Shown here piece by piece: positions 53,319 to 64,000 of a DNA stretch of 64,000 nucleotides (position 1 is the first letter of the stretch; each line of letters starts with the position of its first letter). The translations under genes were made by a program, and so were the position numbers. The notes beneath the pieces were generated by a model, which did no database searches, was not told the origin of the DNA, and saw only the letters and a program-made list of their open reading frames with translations. Source of the DNA: Octopus vulgaris (taxonomy: Eukaryota). Location of the stretch: assembly GCA_951406725.2 (NCBI GenBank), contig OX597822.1, positions 84,444,001-84,508,000 of the forward strand, read 5' to 3'.

Positions 53319-53689
53319 GTCAGTAACATTCTTAACTCTCCACGCTTTCTGCATTGAAAGATTTTAGATTTCTATTCCATTTCCACAATGACTCGACAAA
53401 TTCTCTTCCATCTCTTTCTTCTCTTGTTTTTATTTTCTTATCTAATGTTTCTTCTCTTTAGAAGTTTCTAGAAGAGTTAGAACTATTTAAAATTATATAA
53501 AAAATTTAATTCATTTCTTGTATGATCACATCTCCTCAGATGTGTTAGTGTGAAGAATAGAAACCATTGTGAATTGCACTGTTGAATAAGTTTTAAAGAA
53601 TATTATTCACACACAATACAATTAGATTTACTCTTGAAGTCTGATTAAAACATATTTGGATTAGTGTTATAAAAAGAAAACTCTGACAC

Positions 53690-54175
53690 ACATCAATCGT
53701 TTGGCATTTAATCTCCTTTGAATCAGTTTCCTTCTGAAGCTACACACTCTATCCAGCCTCATTTCCATTGATCGAAGCATTCTTGAAACTTCTTTTCTGG
53801 GACAGTGAACAGCTGCCTCGTCGCATTCTCTTGGATTTCTTCAACATCTTGAAGTCTTGTTGGGGGGTCTTCCACTGCAAAGACTGAGTCTGAGTTTCAG
53901 GGTCATAGCTATATACCCACGATTTGTCACCTGTTATGACCGTTCTCAGAAAACTTTTGTCTTTCTCAACACAATCAAGGAGATTCTTCACAGCTGAAAT
54001 CTGATCTTCTTTTTGAGACGCTACACACTTTACTTCCAAGCATTGCTATAAACAATTGTAGTGAGCAAGAACGTTAGAGTTAAAGGTCAGTCTGTGCCAA
54101 ATGGTTCCATTCACCCTGTGTACTTTAGCTCCATTGCCATAGCAACAGTTCCAATACTTTTCGATCAAACTTCAT
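53690..54175 (-). mobile_element. Internally deleted mariner element
   Basis: ORF 53749..54039 FLRTVITGDKSWVYSYDPETQTQSLQWKTP, fused out of frame to a C-terminal F+DVEEIQEN...ECFDQWK segment. Confidence 0.8.
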
Positions 54176-54443
54176 TATAACATTACACACAATGTGAGTG
54201 CCTGTTACATGCTTAGATTTTAAATCTTGTCTTTTTAAAATTTTTATCCTTCTTTTAACCACCCTAAACACCATACAGTCTTTCTTCTTTCTCTTCATTT
54301 ATTTCTTGTTTACTTCCACCCATGGAACTTCTCACTCTCTCTTTACCTTAACACTAACTTTCTTACCTTTGTCCTCCTCCTTTTTCCACCCTTTTATTAC
54401 TCTTCACACTGTTCTCCATTTTTTTGTTGCTTTCTTTCTTTAA

Positions 54444-54635
54444 CCCTTTCGCATTTAAACCGGCCATATGGTCAAGCCAGCTAGATCCAGTCTCTTATAC
54501 TACAATGTCAGTCTAAAAATAAACAATCACATCATTGGAATCTTGAAGCTATGAGATATAAAGCACGATTAATTCAAAACAACGTGAATAAATGAACATT
54601 GTGTTAGCTAGAATAATAATCTAAATGCTAAAGGG
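54444..54635 (+). mobile_element. piggyBac-type MITE family B (also ~10470-10685, ~10800-11004, ~33661-33815)
   Basis: TTAA|CCCTTTCGCATTTA ... TAAATGCTAAAGGG|TTAA; shared internal aaataaacaatcacatcattg...aattcaaaacaa(c/t)gtgaataaat. Confidence 0.85.
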
Positions 54636-54698
54636 TTAATGAGCCATTTATGCCTTTCTTCTTGACACTGACTATTTCTCTGTCCTCTCTTCTTGTAG

Positions 54699-54747
54699 CC
54701 ATCAAAGAAGAGACGTCTGGATCAGAACCATGCAAATCTTGATAATG
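54699..54747 (+). CDS. PSME3: PSME3 coding exon 4 (NLS-containing insert)
   Basis: Acceptor tcttgtag, donor gtaagt, 49 nt. PSKKRRLDQNHANLDN contains the gamma-type KKRRLD nuclear localisation signal. Confidence 0.92.
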
Positions 54748-55349
54748 GTAAGTTGATTTGTCAGGGCAAAAATAGACCAAAATTGTATTTTTTGTTTTGT
54801 TTTTGTTCCATTGTTTAATTGTGATATTTTGTTGTTGTTTCTCTCTGGGTCAGCTATGTAAAGAGTAAATTTATGATAAAATGTACTCCAGCCATGACAT
54901 CTCATCTTTTTTGTAGATCTATAACTGTACTGTCCAGTATGGCCTTTGTTTAAAAAGAGCAGGATATCATTTGAATGGGATTTGGCTGCTGTTTCTTGTA
55001 AGTTGGGTGACCATGTAGAGCTATGATTTCTAGCCAGAACATAAGGAAACCCATGGGTAACATTTCCTAGTCTTTTTACCCTTAAGGAACTCTTAAAGTA
55101 CATTACATATTTTGAAGAATCTCTTCATAACATTTTATTCCTTCCTTAATCTTTATCTTAAAAGTTATAGTTCATAATACATAGGCCTCAATGTGTAGGT
55201 AATCTTGCACTTTCAGGTTCAGTCCCACTGTGCAGCACCTTGGGCATGTGTCTTCTATTATTGTCCTGGGCTGACCAGTGCCTTGTGATAGACAGAAACT
55301 GTGTGGAAGCCCAACATGTGTATATGTGTCTGTTTGCACTCCCTTCCTG

Positions 55350-56378
55350 ACAAAGCATTATGTCTAACTACAGTTAATTCATATATTGTCTATGTAAAAA
55401 GCCACAAAATATGCCCACCACCAAAGAATTACAACCATTTGAAATTTTGAGTTGACATTGCATCTTAGTTACATGAGGGGTTTTCTTCCAGAAAGTACAG
55501 AACTGGGAGAAAAGCAAAATTAACTGAGGTGGATGACAACAGAGAAAATATTGACTTCTGTAAAGTGGGAAAAAGTTTACAGACTGTTCGCTGCAAAAAG
55601 AAAAAACTGCAAAAGGATATCAGGTCGAGACCTCATATGTGTTCATTTTGCAACGTGCCCTTGTGTAAAGGGTGCTTTGGACAAATTCAAAATGGATATA
55701 TAGCACAACTATATTTTGTTGTTTGATAGTAATACTATCATATATTCCTTTCAAAGTAGGAAATACATATCAATTTTCAGTATGTTAACACATCTCTATT
55801 CACCTTTGCCTCACCTGTTAATGAGCTATTTTTATTATGTAAATTATTTTTATTATGTTATGTAAATATATTCATTAAATTGTATAAGAGTACATAGCCA
55901 ATGGTATATTGACTAATAAAAGAGTTTTGTAGTTCATTTTCAAGGAAAATGTTTGAAATGAAATTTAGAGAAAGAATAAAATCTTGTACCGATTATACCT
56001 GTATTTTAATTAACTCAAATTAATGTACCTCTTCATGAAAAGTGACAAAATTATTGGCAGTTGACATCTGGGATAATTTTAGTTACAAATCAAACAGGCA
56101 AGATGCATTTAGTGTTTATCCATAATGTTATTGCTTTTACACCTGTTAATTAAATTTACCTGCCCGTAAAAGTCAAATTTAATCCGCAAGATCAGCTAAA
56201 GTTACATAACTATAATCCACTGGCATATAAGCACCTATTGACAAAATTTCAATTCTTTACGTAAAAAATTAACAGAGTTACAAGCAAATATTTTGGGCAT
56301 CCCTCTTGAATCTGAATAATTCAAAATAATGTGAACAAATAAGCATTTGACAGATTAATCTAAACACTAAAGGGCTAA
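55350..56378 (+). mobile_element. piggyBac transposase C-terminal relic plus right end
   Basis: Remnants TTVNSYIVY..., HLKF*VDIA and a Cys-rich tail ...ETSY.CSFCNVPLCKGCF. The 3' end aataatgtgaacaaataagcatttgacag...cactaaagggctaa matches the MITE family B terminus. Confidence 0.6.
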
Positions 56379-56582
56379 ATTGTCACAAAAAGGAACGACA
56401 CTTGCAGTGCAGTTTAAATATTGTAAGAAGGTGGGATGGTCATGGCTGGATTACTTTTGATTTCAAATCTGCCCAGAGTCAACTAGTTGAAAAACAATTT
56501 TCAGACTAAAATTAAAAAAAGGAAATTTTTTTAATGGAAAGATAATCAGTTTGTTGTAATATTTGTTGATATTGTTTTCTAG

Positions 56583-56701
56583 TTCAAGGTTCAATGGTGT
56601 TGTGTCTTCCACAAGGTAGTATTCCCACAAATAAAGAAATCTCTCATCTAATCCAGACATTGAAACCCATCATTAGACAGCTCGTTGATCACACTAATAT
56701 G
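56583..56701 (+). CDS. PSME3: PSME3 coding exon 5
   Basis: Acceptor ttttctag, donor gtaagc, 119 nt. (V)QGSMVLCLPQGSIPTNKEISHLIQTLKPIIRQLVDHTNM aligns to human GTKVFVMPNGMLKSNQQLVDIIEKVKPEIRLLIEKCNT. Confidence 0.9.
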
Positions 56702-57059
56702 GTAAGCTTGCTTTCTCTCTTATTCTTTATTCATTAGCTTCATATTGTTATCTACTTCTTTAAAACAGATTGGGGTCTTAGTCTCATTTTAACCCTTCGC
56801 CTGTCTAAGGTATTTTTGTAAGTTCTTCATGTCCAATGCTTTTTTTCAGACTTCTAGTTAACCTTTGTTTCTTATGTTTTGAGTAATATAAATTTGTGGT
56901 AAGTAGCTTGCTAACCAACCACATGGTTCCGGGTTCAGTCCCACTGCGTGGCATGTTGGGCAAGTGTCTTCTACTATAGCCTCGGGCCGACCAAAGCTTT
57001 GTGAGTGGATTTGGTAGACGGAAACTGAAAGAAGCCGGTCGTATATATATATATATATA

Positions 57060-58292
57060 TCATCATCATCATCGTTTAACGTCCGCTTTCCATGCTAGCA
57101 TGGGTTGGACGGTTCAACTGGGGTCTGGTAAGCCCGAAGGCTGCACCAGGCCAGTCAGATCTGGCAGTGTTTCTACAGCTGGATGCCCTTCCTAACGCCA
57201 ACCACTCCGAGAGTGTAGTGGGTGATTTTATGTGCCACCGACACAGGTGCCAGACGAGGCTGGCAGACGGTCACGCTCGAATGGTGTTTTTTATGTGCCA
57301 CCGACACAGGTGCCAGACGGCCACGCTCGGATGGTGTTTTTTATGTGCCACCGACACAGGTGCCAGACGAGGCTGGCGAACGGCTACGATCGGATGGTGT
57401 TTGTTACGTGCCCACAGCACGGGGCCAGTCGATGTGGTACTGGCTACAGTCCTGTTCGGATGGTTTTCTTATGTGCCACCGGCACTGGTACCACAAGGAT
57501 ACAAATTCCATTGATGTTCATCTATTTGATTTGATTCGATTTGACTTGACTTTCACTTGCCTCAACAGGTCTTCACAAGTATCACAAGCAGGAAGGTATG
57601 CACAGGTGGACTGACTACGTCCCAGGTAGTGGCCATGGGTTATGGCTTCACTAGTCTTGCCGGGTCTTCTCACGCACAGCATACTTCCATAGGTCTCGGT
57701 CTCTAGTCATTTCCATGGTGAGACCTAACGTTCGAAGGTTGTGCTTCACCACCTCGTCCCAGGTTTTCCTGGGTCTACCTCTTCCACGGGTTCCCTCAAC
57801 TGCTAGGGATTGGCACTTTCTCACACACCTATCTTCATCCATTCTTGCCACATGACCATACCAGCGCAATCGTCTCTCTTGCACACAACAACTGATGCTT
57901 CTTAGGTCCAACATTTCTCTCAAGGAACTAACGCTCTGTCGAGTAAGTACACTGACATTACACATCCATCGGAGCATACTGGCTTCATTCCTCATGAGCT
58001 TACGCATGTCCTCAGCAGTCACGGCCCATGTTTCACTGCCATGTAGCATGGCAGTTCGTACACATGCATCATACAGTCTGCCCTTTACTCTGAGCGAGAG
58101 GCCTTTTGTCACCAGCAGAGGTAAGAGCTCCCTAAACTTTGCCCAGGCTATTCTTATTCTAGCAGTTACACTCTCAGCGCACCCACCCCCACTACTGACT
58201 TGGTCACCTAGATAACGGAAGCTATCAACTACTTCTAATTTTTCCCCTTGCAAAGTGACGGAAGTTGTTTTCTGCAGATGCTCCCGAGCATC

Positions 58293-58297
<5 letters not shown>
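57060..58297 (-). mobile_element. 5'-truncated RTE-clade LINE (RT C-terminus, 3' UTR, (GAT)n tail)
   Basis: ORF 57651..58298: VVDSFRYLG...RIRIAWAKFRELLPLL...RRLRWYGHVARM...RGRGRPRKTW. Frame open, so relatively young. Confidence 0.92.
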
Positions 58298-58331
<34 letters not shown>

Positions 58332-58871
58332 GTGTGTGTGTGTCTGTTTGTTCCCCTAGCATTGCTTGACAACCGATGCTGGTGTGTTTACATCGCCGTC
58401 ACTTAGCGGTTCGGCAAAAGAGACCGATAGAATAAGTACTAGGCTTACAAAGAATAAGTCCTGGGGTCGATGCTCCAGCATGGCCGCAGTCAAATGACTG
58501 AAACAAGTAAAAGAGAGAGAGTATAAAGTTTTCCTTTCATAAGTCCCAAGTTCCTCTTGTGGTTTAAAAGAATTGGGAATATGTATTATATATGATGCAT
58601 GGACATCACAAGAAATACACAGGACAGGCAAAGGGGTTAAAACAGTCGCCAGATCTCCCTCATATTACACAAACATCTTTAAATAAATACTGGGGTCAAT
58701 CTATTCAATTAAAAATTCTTCAATGTGGTGCCCCAGCATGACCACAGTCTAATGACTAAAACAAGTGAAAAAACATAAGATATTTGTAAGATTTTGTTTA
58801 TATTTTGTGTATCTGGTCTGAATGTTCAGTTTGAGTTGCCCTTATTTAAATCTATTCTTTTTTCTTTCCAG

Positions 58872-58940
58872 TTAAAAATGTGGATTTCTTTTCTCATTCC
58901 TAAAATTGAAGATGGTAACAACTTTGGTGTGTCCATTCAG
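58872..58940 (+). CDS. PSME3: PSME3 coding exon 6 (activation loop)
   Basis: Acceptor tttccag, donor gtacag, 69 nt. LKMWISFLIPKIEDGNNFGVSIQ is the PA28 activation loop signature. Confidence 0.97.
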
Positions 58941-59039
58941 GTACAGTCACTCACTCTAATGTATGTGTATGGAGAGAGAGCGAGAGAGACACACACAAAA
59001 AAAATGTATACACTTCTTGAGATGTATGATGGTCTCCAG

Positions 59040-59088
<49 letters not shown>

Positions 59089-59089
<1 letters not shown>

Positions 59090-59255
59090 TTTATTTAAAG
59101 CAGCAGAAAATTCAACAAAATCTGTTACTCTGAGTTTCTCGTTGCCGTTCATCAGACAGTCTGAATTTTCTGCTGCTTTAAATAAAGCATATTACTCTAC
59201 CACTGGTATTTGAGTACTCTTTTTTTCCACCTTGTTTCACATTTATGTTTACTCC

Positions 59256-59257
<2 letters not shown>
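59089..59257 (-). mobile_element. Small foldback element with perfect 26-bp inverted repeat around a hammerhead, inserted in (TA)n
   Basis: ctttatttaaagcagcagaaaattca (59089-59114) is the exact reverse complement of 59162-59187; (TA)n on both flanks. Confidence 0.75.
59122..59159 (-). ncRNA. Minimal type I hammerhead ribozyme motif
   Basis: Minus strand reads CUGU-CUGAUGA-ACG GCAA CGA-GAAA-CUC A GAG-UA|ACAG. Full core, GUA triplet, 4-bp helix I, near-palindromic helix III; the helix II closing pair is an A-A mismatch. Confidence 0.75.
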
Positions 59258-59309
<52 letters not shown>

Positions 59310-59791
59310 CGTACATACATATAATGCTTTGGCCATGGCTAAGAATTGTTTTGACTCTTATTTCTAGCAATGCTGGTGCTGACTTGCATCTTAGTCACTT
59401 TAGTGATGATTGTACTTGTGCCTTTTGGTTTTAAATTGCAACTAGCCACTGTAATTATGTATATGTATACACACACACACACACACACACATGTAAGGAG
59501 AGAAAGAGATAATGTAGATGTTTCTATGTATAAAAACAAACAAAAAGTCCATTAACTGAGTGAGGAACTTAATTGGTGAAACACAGCTAAATATTTATAA
59601 AAATGTGTCAGTTTTGCTTTTTAAACTGTTGTGAAAATATCTAAAAGATTGTTGTATATAAACAGATTAGGGATTAAGTTCTAAAGGAACTTCTTTTAGT
59701 GGTGGATATGTGGAACGGTGTAAGGTCAATTCATCGGTGGCTATTTGATCCCAGTCACTTTGTCAAGATTACTGGAAAAATGGAAGAACGA

Positions 59792-60543
59792 ATCATCATC
59801 ATCATCGTTTAACGGCTGCTTTCCATGCTTGCATGGGTTGTACGATTGATTGAGGGCTGGCGAACCAGATGGCTGCACCAGGCTTCAATCTTGATCTGGC
59901 AGAGTTTCTACAGCTGAGTGCCCTTCCTAACGCCAACCACTTTGAGAGTGTAGTGGGTGCTTTTATGTGCCAGTCAGGCAGTACTGGCAACGACCTCGCT
60001 CGAATCTTTTACACATGCCACCGGCACAGGTGCCAGTAAGGCAATGCTGGTAACGCTCGAATGGTGTCTTTTACATGCCACTGGCACGGAGGCCAGATAG
60101 CCGCTCTGGCAAATGATTACACTCGGATGGTGCTCTTAATACCCTTCTAGCATGGGGCTCAATTGCCAGTAAGGTGTCGCTGGTAACGATCACGCTCGCT
60201 CGAATGGTGCCTTTTAAGTGTCACTGGCATGGAAGCTGGTTAACCACTCTGTCAATGATCACACTCGTATGGTGCTCTTTGCACCCTGCTAGCATGGACG
60301 CCAGTCATCGAATTTGATTTTGATTTTGATTTCACTTGCCTCAACAGGTCTTCGCAAGCAGAGTTTTAGTGTCCAAAGAAGGAAAGGTATGCATAAGTGG
60401 GCTGGTTATGCCACTGGCATAGGCCACGAGATTATGGTCTCATTTGGCTTGCTGGGTCTTCTCATGCACGGCATATTTCCAAAAGTCTCGGTCACTAGTC
60501 ATTTCCTTGGTGAGGCCTAGAGTTCGAAGGTCGTGCTTCACCA
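59792..60543 (-). mobile_element. 5'-truncated RTE-clade LINE 3' end nested in the MULE
   Basis: Same 3' UTR and (GAT)n tail as 57060-57650, with a few terminal codons (VKHDLRTLGLT). Confidence 0.85.
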
Positions 60544-60601
60544 AAAAAAAAAAAAAAAGCCATTTATTTTAGGGTTTGCTTTATTAGATATCTATTTCTT
60601 C

Positions 60602-61958
60602 TTAAAATTTAAGATTGTGTGCAATTGCTTTTAGAAAAATAATTTTCTGGCTTGGATCATGTTTTTCCATGACATTTTTTATATGCAAGTTCATATCTCT
60701 GTATTTTTTCTTTTCGTTTGGTTCTTCTCCTTGCATAAACTTCTGCAATTTGGTACTGGCAAACCTTTCCTCACATTTAATTACAACAGTTAGTTTCCAA
60801 ATATTTGGATGACTCATATTCACTGTGTTTTTCAGCACACTGTTGTAGGCTTCTAAACTATTTGTAGTACGAGCAATCCCCATCATACATCGATCCCAAA
60901 CATTCCATATAGATAATGGAAATGGAGGTTCAAGGCATTGCTTCCTCTGTCCACTTGCTCTAGGTGGTCCTATAGAATTATTTTCAAAATAGGATACAAC
61001 TGACTGTGGAATATCATCATCATCTACAAGTTGTTCATATCCATCTACAACATCATCAACTGGCAGGAAGGCAAGGGCAACAAAACACTGTATTTTAAGA
61101 CTAAAACTGTCATCTTCATGATATCTGCATTTTAGTCCTTCTTGCACAACATGCTTGTACACATTTTGTCCTAAATGAAACAAGCAGCATGCCAAATTTG
61201 ACCCAGGAAACAATTCCAGAAATCCATTATGGGCTGCTTTTTCAAAATCCATAATTATCAGGTCCCTCATCTGCAGTAATATATTTATTTTGGCAAAAAG
61301 TCTACTATATGTGTCTTGACTTTTGTCAGAGACCAATGCAAACAATCGTGTGGCATTAAAATGATCAATTTGAATGTGAAGTATATATAACTGAAAAATT
61401 ATACTAGAGCAGCACTTAAATGTTCCATCTTCCACCCAGTTCTTGTACTGTTTTAACTGTCAAAGTGCTTCGTCACTTGCAAATATTAGTATTCGGTTTG
61501 AATCTTCCATCCCGCTGTCATACTTTAAAAACGTTTTATCATTGTCAATGTAGGAGTATTCACTTGGAATGGAAAAGCCCAGCTTGCCTCCGTCTAATAT
61601 TCCTATTAAGCTGTGCAAACGGAGGTATTTGCAGCAATGTACAGTCGTTTAAATTCTGAACTTCACTAGCAATAACTGAGCGAGGAGCATCATGAGATGA
61701 AATAGACCTTACTTTAATATTTGAAATCTATTATCCTTGCATTTACCTCTCCAGCAGTTAAAGCGTGATTATGGATCCCAATCTTAAGCTCTTTATTATT
61801 TTCATCTGTTTGAAATTTCGCTTAGCACACATAATTTTCGCACCTCCAGTGTATCTTCAATCCATCTGCATTCTGCTTATTTTTTGTGTATATTAATTTT
61901 CTTGATCGACCACTTTGATTTTGCCTTTCTCTAAAGTTATGATCTTGCAGGTAGTCAT
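60602..61958 (-). pseudogene. FLYWCH-MULE transposase, disrupted in the N-terminal half
   Basis: ORF 60602..61435 has EDGTFK, IIMDFEKA, CLFH and RTTNSLEAYN (DDE plus CxxH). Upstream broken frames give YTKNKQNADGLKIHWRCENYVC*...GIHNH (FLYWCH finger) with stops and frameshifts. Confidence 0.88.
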
Positions 61959-62404
61959 GGTGATGGGTTGGCATATTGAATAAATTTAATTCAATTTGCT
62001 TGAAAATCTTTGTAAACTGTTCAGAGCAGACACTTAAGAGAGAGGTTAAAAAAGGAAAAATAATATCTAAAACTGTCTAATGACAATTTTAATTCTAAAG
62101 TGATTGTTCTAAACTTGCCCTTGAAAATCACATTTAAAAGTATTTTAGGACAAATTGGCCAGTGATGAATTGATCTGGGGATGAATTGATTGGGAACAAA
62201 TTAACCGATGATGAAATAACCAGGGACGAATTTTCCTAGCACTATGTGGAACTAAGAAGGGATAATTTTAAGGTTTTTAAATATGAACGAATCTTTATAA
62301 ATTTGTGAAATTTCAAAATTTTTCAGGTGAAAATTTAGCTTTTTCTTTGAAAGAGAGATCTATAAAATTTGCATATGAATAAATATTATAATTTGAAATA
62401 ATAT

Positions 62405-62608
62405 ACATTATTTACATTTGACGGATATTTGTCCTCATCTTCATCAGGTGTCTTGGGGAAATTTCGAACCTAGGTTTTCATTCCTAAGGTATTTTTCAAT
62501 GTTGTTATCATTATTATTCAGAGGTTACTGCCTGGAATCGAACTTGGAATCTTGGGGTTAGTAGCCTGTGCTCTTAACCACTACGCCATATGCCCACGGG
62601 CATATGGC
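62405..62608 (-). mobile_element. Copy of the 23.7-24.1 kb family with deleted ribozyme centre and retained palindromic centre
   Basis: Same sequence on the minus strand; the helix II/GAAA segment is deleted at cctcatcttcatcagg; ends in gccatatgccc-ac-gggcatatggc (62585-62608). Confidence 0.85.
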
Positions 62609-63723
62609 ATTAAAATAATTTATGTAAAATAATGTATTTTGTAGGATTACATCAAATCAATGTGTTAACTACTAATAGCTACTAAGAAATTTTGTGTAGA
62701 AACAAAACCGTAGTTTAATCAAAATACAGTTAAAAAATTCATCAAATTAAAAGAATGTTTGTGAAAATCAATACAATTGAAAATAAGCAAGATTATAAAT
62801 AATTATAAAGTAACATTAGTGCAGATAAGGGGAAATACAAAAATGCCCCTTCATAATTTGCTAATGTCTACAAGGGAGATTACAAAGCATCTCTATCTAT
62901 AATAAGATTATCTTTTGTTTTTTTACCATAAATTTATCTTAGGAATCATTAAGAAGAATTCTTATGTTTGGGCAGTGAAGGTACTTGGCTTAGTGATTTG
63001 GGGTATTTGGCCTACGACTGTTAGGTTGTGAGTTCGATTCCTGATGGTGCCTTGTGCTCTTAAGCAAGGCAGTTCATTTCTTGTTGCTCCAGTCAGCCCA
63101 TCTGGCAACAGTGAGTAGTATTTCAAAGGGCCAGCCTTGTCACGTTCAGTGTGAAGCTGAATAACACTGAGAACTAGGTTAAGAGCATGTGTGTCTGTGG
63201 AGTGCTCAGCCACTTGCATGTTAATATCATGAACAGGCTGTTCCTTTGCTGGGATCAACTGGAACCCTCATCATTGTAACCAACAGAACGCCAGAGTGGT
63301 TGGCACCTCATTTGCTTTGTCTTTGATAGAAAACAAATCAACTGTAATTGAGCAAACCTATAACCAAAGACAGTCAATCCATGACCATCCCATCTCTGTT
63401 TAAGGGTAGTGTATCTAGATTATATAATCTTGGATATGCCCCTTCCATTTTTAAAATGGTGGGATATTTCTCACAGGTGACCAAACAGTTCTTTATGGTT
63501 CTGAAATGCTTTTATGTTAAGGAGTCTGGTAACACTGAAATGAAACATGATGGAGGGTGGGGAAGGCTTTGACTTTGAAGAAATGAATGAAGTCTACTAC
63601 ATCTATTGGGTAATTTTTCTTTATAAATTCATTTTCACACACACACACATTTCATTTCCCGTGGTCTAATTTATTTCTGTCGAGAGTTACGAAATAATTA
63701 ATTCTTGTTTAAAACACTTTCAG

Positions 63724-63846
63724 GAAGATACTTTGGCTGAGGCGAGACAAGTTGAAACAGAATCTGCTTCTTACCTGGAAATGATTTCACGCTATTTTGT
63801 AACTCGAGCGAAATTGGTGTCAAAAGTTGCTAAGTATCCTCACATA
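63724..63846 (+). CDS. PSME3: PSME3 coding exon 7 (gene continues beyond window)
   Basis: Acceptor ctttcag, donor gtaagt, 123 nt. EDTLAEARQVETESASYLEMISRYFVTRAKLVSKVAKYPHI retains the TRAK lysine equivalent to human K188, typical of gamma. Confidence 0.96.
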
Positions 63847-64000
63847 GTAAGTATAATCTACCATAATTTTGTACAAGAATTCAGCAGAAATAAAAAAAAA
63901 AAAAACCACTCATTGCATGAAATGTCTTAGAAGTAGAACGAATTTTTTTCTTTGTTGATTTATATCGGAGTTTTTCAAACTTTTCAGGCCACTGCACCCC

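Larger units (their letters stand above)
59717..62243 (-). mobile_element. Mutator-like (MULE) DNA transposon with FLYWCH + MULE transposase pseudogene
   Basis: 9-bp direct repeat ATGTGGAAC at 59708-59716 and 62244-62252. Imperfect TIRs: ggtgtaaggtcaattcatcggtggctattt versus agtgctaggaaaattcgtccctggttattt. Subterminal ~15-nt repeats at 62160-62235. Confidence 0.85.

Noticed and set aside
57231-57480. CRISPR-like 26-nt repeats with spacers
   Set aside because: Spacers resemble each other, the array is inside a LINE 3' UTR, the context is eukaryotic, and there are no cas genes.
57895-58215. 106-aa + strand ORF (and 41062..41418 on the minus strand)
   Set aside because: Antisense shadow of the RTE reading frame.

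Overview
AT-rich, intron-rich animal genomic DNA. The repeat landscape ((TA)n/(TG)n microsatellites, tRNA-headed SINEs, RTE LINE tails ending in (GAT)n) points to an octopus or other coleoid cephalopod; this is an inference. Two spliced + strand genes can be reconstructed by hand. One is a complete class I ADP-ribosylation factor (ARF1-like, 181 aa, 4 coding exons, 13831-24940) with a probable promoter near 4.8 kb. The other is the first 7 coding exons of proteasome activator PA28gamma (PSME3, 43677 to beyond 63846, continuing past the window). The rest is transposon debris, often nested: RTE LINEs, three SINE families, mariner/Tc1/Tigger relics, piggyBac and hAT MITEs, a Helitron, a FLYWCH-MULE element with a 9-bp TSD, and a Penelope-like RT fragment. 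The most unusual signal is a set of three sequence-unrelated foldback elements that each carry a minimal type I hammerhead ribozyme core (36.8-37.2 kb, 59.1 kb, and a palindromic tRNA-headed family at 23.7-24.1, 33.8 and 62.4 kb). Nearly all ORFs in the supplied track are spurious. Repeat boundaries are approximate unless a TSD is given.
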